The position numbers and the translations under genes were made by a program. Positions 28,083 to 36,182 of a DNA stretch of 64,000 nucleotides are shown here, in pieces. Source of the DNA: an uncultured Candidatus Poseidoniales archaeon (GTDB taxonomy: Archaea > Thermoplasmatota > Poseidoniia > Poseidoniales > Thalassarchaeaceae); contig CAZPCY010000004.1 in NCBI GenBank assembly GCA_964585295.1, forward strand, positions 1,674 through 65,673. Reading direction: 5' to 3'. Position 1 is the stretch's first letter. Each line of letters opens with the position of its first letter. The notes beneath the pieces are model-generated. The model worked only from the letters and a program-made list of their open reading frames with translations, did not search any database and was not told the origin of the DNA.

Positions 28083-29294
28083 GTGGCGCGGCTTTTCCGA
28101 GGGGATTCGATGGCTGTCGTCGAGTGGCGCAGAATCCCTACCGTGCTTCGACCGGACGAACTAATCGACAAAGCATTCGGTCGTGCTTCCAAACAGTCCG
28201 GCCTCGTCGATGACCCAGACCGGTATCATAGGGTCAGGAAGCAGATGGTGCGGATGATTCAGAGCGCGACGGACACGCTTTCCACTACTTTGCGAGATTG
28301 GATCTCAAGGTGGCCTAGCCTCGACCAACTCAGCCACTTCGATGTTGCACTTATCGATGCTGCTGTCGGCTGTGATGCCTATCGGCAGAATCTCGGCGCG
28401 ATTCAGTGGGCGGCGGACCGGATTGACGCTTTCGGGCGGGATGGCCAGCGCAGAATCGCGAGGCAACGCCGTTTGGAAGCTTTCCACGAGACAAGGCGAG
28501 AGGTATACGGCAGATGCGTCTCGGTCTTAGATCAGATTGGCGCCCGAATCCTCTGGCTTGGGGAAGCGCGCGACACCATGCGGACTTTTCCTGAGATTGA
28601 TGCGACGGAACCTTGCATAGTTGTGGCCGGGGCACCGAATGTGGGTAAATCCGCCTTGATCGCCGCTCTATCCACTGGAGAGCCAGAGATAGCAGCTTAT
28701 CCGTTCACGACCAAGCGACTCCATGTCGGCCATTTCATCCACAGGCGGAGGATGCATCAATTGGTCGACACCCCTGGTCTGCTAGATCGGCCAATGGATG
28801 AGCGTAACGATATCGAGATGCAGGCCATAGCTGCTCTCAGCCATGTCGGTGATCTAGTGCTATTCCTATTCGATGTGACAGAGGAGAGCGGCACATCGAT
28901 TGAGGCTCAGAAATCGCTCAGAGAGGAGATCGAATCGATGCTCGGCGACACACCGATGTTGACCGTAGTAGGAAAGGCGGACCTCCTCGGGCTGGAAGGC
29001 TGGGACGAAGCGCATCATCAATTGTTGGAATTCCCATTGGAGAGGATTACAGACACCTCGGACGAGTCGTCCCTCGCAGATTCAGAACCAGTATTGGAAC
29101 ATCCAAGTCTCAAAGCCAGAGCGGTCAGCCCGGTCACGGGAGTAGGTCTCCGGCCGCTGAGATCCGCCATGGTCGAGTCTATCGGAGCAGTTGGGAAGGG
29201 CGATCGGTTGGTACTACCAGAAGGCTGGCATGTCCGCCGAATCGAGCCGAAGGAGCCTATCTTTGACGAACGTCCACAAAGAGACCGGTTGTAG
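28083..29294 (+). CDS. NOG1-family GTPase (archaeal Nog1/MJ1464-like).
   Basis: It has a NOG1 N-terminal helical domain. The G-domain has G1 GAPNVGKS, G3 DTPG and G4 GKAD. Confidence 0.75.
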   Translation: MARLFRGDSMAVVEWRRIPTVLRPDELIDKAFGRASKQSGLVDDPDRYHRVRKQMVRMIQSATDTLSTTLRDWISRWPSLDQLSHFDVALIDAAVGCDAYRQNLGAIQWAADRIDAFGRDGQRRIARQRRLEAFHETRREVYGRCVSVLDQIGARILWLGEARDTMRTFPEIDATEPCIVVAGAPNVGKSALIAALSTGEPEIAAYPFTTKRLHVGHFIHRRRMHQLVDTPGLLDRPMDERNDIEMQAIAALSHVGDLVLFLFDVTEESGTSIEAQKSLREEIESMLGDTPMLTVVGKADLLGLEGWDEAHHQLLEFPLERITDTSDESSLADSEPVLEHPSLKARAVSPVTGVGLRPLRSAMVESIGAVGKGDRLVLPEGWHVRRIEPKEPIFDERPQRDRL

Positions 29295-29596
29295 TCTAAA
29301 ACAGCCAAATAAGAATAGTATTTCAAGCAGGCATGAATTCTATAGAAAAAACCTATGGCCCTAGAATATCGATAGCAACGCAGTCCATGAATCAGCATTC
29401 TCAATCGACATGCGTTACTTGGCCGCATACGACGCAGTAGAGGTTATGTCCTCCGTGGCTGATCTCCAATCCTCCGGCATCGAAAGCACTGCCACAACCG
29501 CGACATTTGATCGAATCCATGCTCATCCCTCACATTGCTCTGAATCGTGCCCGGTTATTCAACGCGACGCTGGTGAAATCACACCAACGACACCGC

Positions 29597-30208
29597 TCAT
29601 CGACTATTCTTGCGCCGTCTCTCGGAGAATGGGAAAGCCATCTCGAAGGCTGACATAAGTAGGATGGTGGCAGTAAGCGCGAGCAGTAACTCGATGAAGA
29701 TGCTGAATCCAACTTCAGCCCCCACCGTCACCTTCTGGGTACCCATATTCAGTGATCCTGACTTGCCTCCAGTGACGAAACGCACTTCTCCCGGCTTCCC
29801 GGATGCGGAAAACGAACCATCTGCATCCGGCCCCCCTGCAAGGAATGTGAAGTCTTCCGGTTGGCAATCAGTCATTCCGTTCTCATCAGGGGGGCAGCTC
29901 TCAGCAGCGCTCGCATCCACCATGCCGATCCAAGTCTGGTCGCTCCTCTCCCAATCGAGATTCAAATCGAGGTCGAGTAGTCCGAAGGCGAGTGGAAACT
30001 CTAGATCCTCTTCTGTCATCCCCACCGGACAGTCCTCAAACCCCGTCCCCCCACATGGGATGGTCGGGATTTCCATCTCGCTCTCTGGAAGTGGGATTCC
30101 AATCAGAGATACCAGCAGGAGCAGGCCACACAGGACCGCGGTCGCGGTCGGGAGGATCGACAGGACCCTGACCATCATCGCTACCAATCCGAGGGCACAA
30201 GGATTCAA
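29597..30208 (-). CDS. Hypothetical membrane-anchored protein with N-terminal and C-terminal TM helices.
   Basis: The N-terminal hydrophobic segment is VLSILPTATAVLCGLLLLVSLIGI. The C-terminal segment is FSIFIELLLALTATILLMSAF. A Cys/Asp/Glu-rich middle region lies between them. No family could be assigned. Confidence 0.35.
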   Translation of the reverse strand: MNPCALGLVAMMVRVLSILPTATAVLCGLLLLVSLIGIPLPESEMEIPTIPCGGTGFEDCPVGMTEEDLEFPLAFGLLDLDLNLDWERSDQTWIGMVDASAAESCPPDENGMTDCQPEDFTFLAGGPDADGSFSASGKPGEVRFVTGGKSGSLNMGTQKVTVGAEVGFSIFIELLLALTATILLMSAFEMAFPFSERRRKNSR

Positions 30209-30217
30209 CCATTGCGC

Positions 30218-30511
30218 TCAGGAGCCTATGCTCATCGCCTGCAGGAAGACTAGGAGTATCGCTATGGCGGGAAAGAGATAGAGCATCACCGTCAGTCGAG
30301 AACGAGCCTTCTCCTGCTTCGCTCTCTTCTCCACACAATCCGCATCGTCGCAGACGGGTGGGTCCGATTCCAAGGCTATCGGGACATTGCAAACCGCGCA
30401 ATGACGATGTGGAGGTACGCTGGAAGGAGCGCGCCTGCCCTGCTTGCGCTTCCTCATCCGATCGGCGGTTTCCTTCACCGCTCCTGCGAGTCTTTCTCCC
30501 TTCTTGACCAT
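30218..30511 (-). CDS. Small tail-anchored Zn-finger protein (97 aa).
   Basis: It has a basic N-terminus, the Cys motif HCAVCN...PPVCDDADC, and a C-terminal TM helix (LYLFPAIAILLVFL). Confidence 0.35.
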   Translation of the reverse strand: MVKKGERLAGAVKETADRMRKRKQGRRAPSSVPPHRHCAVCNVPIALESDPPVCDDADCVEKRAKQEKARSRLTVMLYLFPAIAILLVFLQAMSIGS

Positions 30512-30522
30512 CTGTTCACCCC

Positions 30523-31230
30523 TCAGTTCGAGACTTCGATAGTGGTTCCCTCGAACGGCTCGTCGGTGAGCGCGGCAGTAAGCCGGTCCAGCCTCCTTCC
30601 ATCCAACACCGCCAAAGGCATGCCTGCGGCAAGAGCTTCACCAACCCCGATAGGATCAATCACGGCGGAAGCACCCGCCGTGCTATGTTCGGCTGGGCCG
30701 ACGATTTCCACTAATCGCTCTAGGGTGATTGAGTCCAGCGGTTGCGCTTCTGGATCCTCGCGTGGATCGGAGGAATGGACTCTGTCGACGTTCGTGGCGA
30801 TGTAGCAGCGAGCCGCTCCCACATCGATAGCCAGGCGGATTGCGACGGCATCGGTCGTGTGACCGGGTACCGTCCCTCCCATCACGACCGCTCGATTGGA
30901 TGCAAGGGCGGCGCTGGCCTGCTCCACGGTGGAGGGGATGTTCGGAAAGACGTCGACTCCCCGCTCAGCAAGAGAGACCCTGACGATCTCGGCGTTAAGC
31001 CGGGTCGCTGCGATACCAACCCCATCCAGTAGTGCTGTGTCGCTGACGCTGCCTGAAGCTAGGGCGATCGCTTCTCTGGCGGGCGCGCCACCGCCAACCA
31101 CAATGCCGAACTTATCTCCGTCGTCCGTCAAGGAAGACACGAGACTTGCGACGCCATTGATCCAAGCGCCTCGCTCGCTCTCCTCGGGCCGCAGCAGGCT
31201 GCCACCCAGAGCGACCACCCTGATCGTCAT
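30523..31230 (-). CDS. pyrH: Uridylate (UMP) kinase, archaeal type (amino-acid kinase fold).
   Basis: Motifs VVALGGSLL, VVGGGAPAR and GGTVPGHTTDAVAIRLAIDVGA, and the ~235 aa length, are typical of archaeal PyrH. Confidence 0.65.
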   Translation of the reverse strand: MTIRVVALGGSLLRPEESERGAWINGVASLVSSLTDDGDKFGIVVGGGAPAREAIALASGSVSDTALLDGVGIAATRLNAEIVRVSLAERGVDVFPNIPSTVEQASAALASNRAVVMGGTVPGHTTDAVAIRLAIDVGAARCYIATNVDRVHSSDPREDPEAQPLDSITLERLVEIVGPAEHSTAGASAVIDPIGVGEALAAGMPLAVLDGRRLDRLTAALTDEPFEGTTIEVSN

Positions 31231-31432
31231 CGTCCATCGCGAGCCGGCCCAATCAAATGAATCCCGCCGACGGTCGAGCCGTCTAGAGATGGAACATCAA
31301 ATGGTCGGACCGAAGTCTATCGGTCGTATTGCTGCAACTATCCGTCTGACCCAGCACTATGACAACTCTTCTGGAAACCGGCGTGAAGGGTTGAAATGCC
31401 GCAGCCGCGGCGCTTCTGAAGAGGACCCCTTC

Positions 31433-32686
31433 ATGGCTGACGATCTGGAGCAGCAGCAGCGTCGGCTCCGGCTCAAGAACGCCGTCGCAGACCTGTCGGA
31501 GATGCGTGGAATGGGCACCGAACTGGTGACCGTAGTAGTCCCCCCAGATCGCCAGATTCACGATGTTCGAGGCCAACTGTCCAACGAACTTGGCCAGGCT
31601 GCGAACATCAAATCTAAATCGACTCGGAAGCACGTCTGCGATGCGATAGAGAGCGCAATCTCGTCTTTGAACAGACACCGGGATGCAGGTGAGAGAGGGC
31701 TGGCGATTTTCGTAGGCCATGTAATCATCGGCAACAACAAGACTAGGATGGTGAACGTGGTCATAGACGACCCTCCAGAAACCCTGCAGTCGTTCAGGTA
31801 TCGATGCGATTCGACCTTCGAACTTACACAGTTAGAGGAGATGCTGATTGACAGGACGGCTTACGGTCTGTTCGTCATCGACCGTGGTGAGGCTGCCTAC
31901 GGGATAGCCACCGGCAAGAGGCTCCATTGTCAGGAGCATCTCGAATCGAACATTATGGGAAAGCACAGGCAGGGAGGTCAGTCCGCGCAGAGGTTCGAGC
32001 GTCTCATCGAGGAGGCGGCTCACAAGTTCTTCAAACGCTCAACGGAGCATGCTAGTGACTACTGGCTACCTATGGTCGAGGATCTGCAGGGAATCATCGT
32101 CGGTGGCCCGGGAGCTACCAAGGAACAGGTCGTCAAGAATGGCTACTTCCATCATGAGATTAGGAAGCTGATTCGCGAGCCGTTCTTCGATGTTGGATAC
32201 TCCAACGAGTCTGGCCTGAGGGAGTTGGTTCAACGCGCCGGTGGGCTGATGGATAGGATCGCGCTCGACCGGGAACGCGACCTCGTCGACTGTTTCCTGA
32301 AGGAATTGAACCACCCGCACCCAAAGGCGACATATGGTGAGATGATGATTAGGTCGGCTCTCGACCAAGGCGCAGTCGACACACTGCTGTTGAGCGAGTC
32401 CCTTCGTAGGATGCGGACGACTTTCACATGCCAGCAGTGTGGCGATTCTTGGCAGGAGACCACAGGAAGGGTTCCAGAGATACCGTCTTGCGAATCATGT
32501 CCAACGGGTTCGAATCGGGTTCGAATTGATGAGGAGAGCAGTCTCGACCTAGTGGACGAGCTATCTATCCTCGCCGCTCACACCTCATCAAAGGTTGAGA
32601 TAATCTCCACAGACACTGAGGAAGGATCGACCTTGATGGAGGGCTTTGGTGGACTAGCAGCGCTGCTGCGCTATGCTTGGAGTTGA
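31433..32686 (+). CDS. prf1: Peptide chain release factor aRF1.
   Basis: The NIKS motif (QAANIKSKSTRK) and GGQ motif (KHRQGGQSAQRF) are present. Domain 3 contains a Cys4 insertion (CQQCGD...CESCP). The ORF-track start at 30896 is antisense to pyrH, so the ATG at 31433 (MADDLEQQQRRLRLK...) was chosen. Confidence 0.85.
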   Translation: MADDLEQQQRRLRLKNAVADLSEMRGMGTELVTVVVPPDRQIHDVRGQLSNELGQAANIKSKSTRKHVCDAIESAISSLNRHRDAGERGLAIFVGHVIIGNNKTRMVNVVIDDPPETLQSFRYRCDSTFELTQLEEMLIDRTAYGLFVIDRGEAAYGIATGKRLHCQEHLESNIMGKHRQGGQSAQRFERLIEEAAHKFFKRSTEHASDYWLPMVEDLQGIIVGGPGATKEQVVKNGYFHHEIRKLIREPFFDVGYSNESGLRELVQRAGGLMDRIALDRERDLVDCFLKELNHPHPKATYGEMMIRSALDQGAVDTLLLSESLRRMRTTFTCQQCGDSWQETTGRVPEIPSCESCPTGSNRVRIDEESSLDLVDELSILAAHTSSKVEIISTDTEEGSTLMEGFGGLAALLRYAWS

Positions 32687-34505
32687 GGTGGACGGAATGC
32701 AGACTTTGCAGAGAATCCTTGAGCCCCATCTAGAGAGGGCTTTATCCTCGATTGGGGTGGCCGAATCGAAAACCTTGGCGAGGTCGATGCCTGAGCGACC
32801 TGCCGCCGACTCGAATGGGGATCTCGCGGTTCCATGCTTCCAACTCGCAGGTGAACTACGCCGATCCCCTGCAGAAATCGCTGCCGATCTCTGCGAGTCT
32901 CTGTTGCATTCAACCGCTGAAGATTGCACCTTCACCGCCGAAAATATTGGCGCGTTCGTAAACATTAGGGCCACACAGCGATTCCTTTGGGATGAGGCGG
33001 TCGCTCACTCAGCCGATGCGCCCGGCGCCGAGAGTAGATTCCGAGCAGATCGCTCAGCGGTCTTGATTGAGCACACATCGGCCAACCCGAATGGGCCGTT
33101 CCATGTGGGAAGGATTCGCAACGCAGTAATCGGAGACACGATGGTTCGCCTTGAACGCCTCGCTGGCGCCGAGGTGAGATCGGAGTACTACGTCGATGAC
33201 ATGGGCAAGCAGGTGGGTATCCTGTGTTGGGCGTTGGAGAACCTCGACGAAGCCAAGGTGGATGAGACTCTGGCAGAGGTAGGGCTGGACATCGATGACA
33301 GTCGAACCAGACACGCTGGCAAGGAGGACCACAACCGGGTGAGATGGTACCAGGCAGCGAACCAGATCCGAATCGATGATGAGACAATCGAAGATGATCT
33401 AGCCGCCTTGATTAAAGCGAGCGAAGAGGGTGATAGGGATGTTCTCTCACGATTCTCAGAGGCATTCCGTCCAGTTCTCGATGGCATGCTTGAGACTTTG
33501 ACTCGGCTGGGCATCGAGTACGATGTCTTCACCGACGAGTCAAGATTCGTCCTCGATGGCTCGGTCGATGATGTTGTTCTGAGGCTGCGATCCTCAGAGT
33601 TGTGTCACGAAGCGGAGAATGGCGCAGCCTATCTGGAACTCGAAGGACGAGGAGTGGCCGGTAAGAGCACTCGTTTCTACTTCATGAGAGGAGATGGAAC
33701 AAGCCTCTATGCGACCCGTGACATCGCCTACCACGAGTGGAAATCCGAAACTAGTTCGCGCCTCCTAGATGTTCTTGGAGAGGACCATCGTTTGCAATCA
33801 AAGCAGGTTTCTATTGCTCTAGATGAGTTGGGCTCTCCTCGTCCTGAGGTGCTGTTCTACGCGTTCACGAAACTACCGGATGGGAAGATGAGCACTCGCC
33901 GAGGTAACGTCGTATTCGTAGACGATCTGCTGGATGAGGCGGTGGCGCGGGCGGCCACGGTCGTCTCTTCGATCAGGGATGATCTTGGACCTGAGGAAAT
34001 CGCTGCGATCGCAGAGGCGGTCGGCGTCTCCGCGGTCCGCTTCAATATCGCTCGAATCGCTCCGGAGAAAGGTATCGAGTTCAGATGGGAAGACGCTCTC
34101 TCCTTTGAAGCTGACAGCGCTCCATTCATCCAGTACGCCCACGCCAGAGCCTGTTCACTGGTTAGGAAGGTGGATCTTGCAGGTATCGATGCGGAGGCAG
34201 CACTGCACGGCTCGCTCGCCAGCGGGGTTGGAGATGGCCCACTGCCACGTGTGGCCATCGACCTGCTTCGGGCCATCTCCTTGCTGCCAGAAGAGCTTGC
34301 TAAATCCGTTGATGAATTGCGACCCAATCGGTTCTGCAATGCGGTCAACGACTTAGCAGCAAGATACAACCGATTCTATAGAGAGTGCTACGTGTTGACT
34401 GAAGAAGGCTTGGAGGGGAGATTCCTGGCAATCTCGGAATCGGCTCGTCACCATCTACGTATCTCCGCCGAATCGGTTGGGATAGTGGCCTTGGAGACGA
34501 TGTGA
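32673..34505 (+). CDS. argS: Arginyl-tRNA synthetase.
   Basis: It has a HIGH-like SANPNGPFHVGRIRN motif. A class I catalytic core is followed by a DALR anticodon-binding C-terminus. It overlaps the prf1 stop by 14 nt; an alternative start lies at 32697. Confidence 0.85.
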   Translation: MLGVEVDGMQTLQRILEPHLERALSSIGVAESKTLARSMPERPAADSNGDLAVPCFQLAGELRRSPAEIAADLCESLLHSTAEDCTFTAENIGAFVNIRATQRFLWDEAVAHSADAPGAESRFRADRSAVLIEHTSANPNGPFHVGRIRNAVIGDTMVRLERLAGAEVRSEYYVDDMGKQVGILCWALENLDEAKVDETLAEVGLDIDDSRTRHAGKEDHNRVRWYQAANQIRIDDETIEDDLAALIKASEEGDRDVLSRFSEAFRPVLDGMLETLTRLGIEYDVFTDESRFVLDGSVDDVVLRLRSSELCHEAENGAAYLELEGRGVAGKSTRFYFMRGDGTSLYATRDIAYHEWKSETSSRLLDVLGEDHRLQSKQVSIALDELGSPRPEVLFYAFTKLPDGKMSTRRGNVVFVDDLLDEAVARAATVVSSIRDDLGPEEIAAIAEAVGVSAVRFNIARIAPEKGIEFRWEDALSFEADSAPFIQYAHARACSLVRKVDLAGIDAEAALHGSLASGVGDGPLPRVAIDLLRAISLLPEELAKSVDELRPNRFCNAVNDLAARYNRFYRECYVLTEEGLEGRFLAISESARHHLRISAESVGIVALETM

Positions 34506-34509
34506 TAGA

Positions 34510-35241
34510 TCAGATCTCTTCAGCAATCCCGTCAGCGAGTTCCGATTCCAACACGAATCCGGCGGCGGCAGCCCTACCTTTCATCTCGATTAGGTTCTCG
34601 TATGCATCGTCGTAGTCATCACCTTTGTCAGTGTCGCTCGCGGCGGGCCAACCACAATCCCAGCGCCTCGGGTCTATCGCGTTCGGAGCAAGCCACGCCC
34701 TGCACATTCGTTCATGGCACTCCGCCTTTTCGTTCTCGCCCTTCACCCAGAAAGTCGCTCGGGCGCAGACCGGACAGGTGGATAAGGCGTACCAAACCTC
34801 GGTGCGGACGCAGTCCGGACCAACTCGGCCAACGGTCCAGGAATCGATGCGAATCTCGATCACGTCAGTTCCTTGAGCATCCGCCATGAAACCACGGGCG
34901 ACATTCTCGGCTTGCGACACGAGAGGTACCATGCCCAGAACATCCGTATCCCCGTCCCTCTCCACCGTGGCGACTACGAAGACCTCGCCGACCTCCTCGA
35001 TGGTCGTTGGCTTGACCTCGGCGAATCCTGCACCCACTGGCCCTGAACCACGACTGCGAGATTTAGGTGCCAGAGGTACGAAGGTCGGCTTCACAGCCTT
35101 CTCTGCTTCGGGGGATTCATCCTCCTCGTCGCCCTTCTCCTCAGCTTCGCTCACGCTTGCTGCGGATAGCGGGAGACGGATGAATCCAACGCCTGAATCG
35201 AGCCGAAGCGCTAGGATCGATTCGGACGGGAGCACCTTCAT
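34510..35241 (-). CDS. Hypothetical Cys-rich protein with a putative Zn-binding motif.
   Basis: The motif CPVCARATFWVKGENEKAECHERMCRAW is visible. It has an acidic N-terminus. No family could be assigned. Confidence 0.35.
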   Translation of the reverse strand: MKVLPSESILALRLDSGVGFIRLPLSAASVSEAEEKGDEEDESPEAEKAVKPTFVPLAPKSRSRGSGPVGAGFAEVKPTTIEEVGEVFVVATVERDGDTDVLGMVPLVSQAENVARGFMADAQGTDVIEIRIDSWTVGRVGPDCVRTEVWYALSTCPVCARATFWVKGENEKAECHERMCRAWLAPNAIDPRRWDCGWPAASDTDKGDDYDDAYENLIEMKGRAAAAGFVLESELADGIAEEI

Positions 35242-35265
35242 CTACGCTTACCGAGGGCGGGGTCC

Positions 35266-35730
35266 ATGGTAGATGTCGGAGATGATGCGCCTGACTTCAG
35301 ATTACTCGATACTGATCGCAATATAGTGACCGGGGTTGAGCACAAGGGTCGCAAGGTGGTGCTCGCCTTCTTCCCAGCGTCATTCACCGGGGTATGTACG
35401 AAGGAGATGTGCACCTTTCAGGATTCGCATGCAAGGCTCGATTCAGCAGATGCAACCATCCTTGGGATTTGCGTAGATTCACCATTCTCTAATGGTGCCT
35501 TCGCGACTTCCAATGGAATCTCCTTCCCCATCCTATCCGATTACGAAAGATTGACGATTAGAGCGTATGGCATTGCGCACGAAGACTTCGCCGGCATGGA
35601 GGGTTACACTGCCTCGAAGCGCGCAATCTTCGTCGTGGATGAGGATGGCGATGTCTCTTACAAGTGGGTCGCCGATGTCCCGTCCGAGGAGCCAAATTAC
35701 GAAGTGATAATGGCTCACATAGAATCGTGA
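35266..35730 (+). CDS. Peroxiredoxin (AhpC/TSA / Bcp-like thiol peroxidase).
   Basis: The VVLAFFPASFTGVCTKEMCTF motif gives the peroxidatic Cys in a T-x-x-C context. Confidence 0.75.
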   Translation: MVDVGDDAPDFRLLDTDRNIVTGVEHKGRKVVLAFFPASFTGVCTKEMCTFQDSHARLDSADATILGICVDSPFSNGAFATSNGISFPILSDYERLTIRAYGIAHEDFAGMEGYTASKRAIFVVDEDGDVSYKWVADVPSEEPNYEVIMAHIES

Positions 35731-35847
35731 TATCCGATTGATGATCAGGCCCTCCTATCCAATCCATTGCACAGCGTTCGGGATAGGTTCGCGAACGGGC
35801 TGCTGCAGCACTCCTGAACACTGGCCATTAGAAAATGGCTGAGAATC

Positions 35848-36153
35848 TCAGAAGTCACGCTCGTGGACTAGGATTAGGTGCCATCCGAATTCGGTGTTCA
35901 CCGGATCTCCGACCTCGCCTAACGACTGTTCTCGGCACGCGGCGTCGAATTCGGCGACCATCTGACCAGATACGAACCACCCAAGATCGCCTCCACGACG
36001 TCCAGAGGGGCAGGTAGAGTTACGTTTCGCCCTCTTCGCGAACTCCTTCCCGGGCTTGCGCGCCCTTTGAATCAGGTCCAGCAATGTCTTCGCCTCCCCT
36101 TTGCTGGAAACGAGGATGTGACTAGCATGGATTCGATCTCCCATTCCGAACAC
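35848..36153 (-). CDS. Parvulin-type peptidyl-prolyl cis-trans isomerase (PpiC/PinA-like).
   Basis: Motifs HILV, GGDLGWFVSGQMVAEFD and GWHLILV match the single-domain parvulin family. Confidence 0.7.
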   Translation of the reverse strand: MFGMGDRIHASHILVSSKGEAKTLLDLIQRARKPGKEFAKRAKRNSTCPSGRRGGDLGWFVSGQMVAEFDAACREQSLGEVGDPVNTEFGWHLILVHERDF

Positions 36154-36182
36154 CTAGGTAGTACCGACAATCTAGGTCCTAT

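Noticed and set aside
29410-29658. An 82-aa plus-strand ORF in the convergent intergenic gap.
   Set aside because: There is no recognisable domain, signal or SD. It overlaps the 3' end of the minus-strand membrane gene. It is retained only as a possibility under the intergenic-gap finding.
30896-31432. N-terminal ~180 codons of the ORF-track aRF1 ORF.
   Set aside because: It is antisense to pyrH (30523-31230). aRF1 homology begins at MADDLEQQ (31433), and the extension has no similarity to aRF1.
33857-34369. A 170-aa minus-strand ORF inside argS.
   Set aside because: It is antisense to a strongly supported ArgRS gene.
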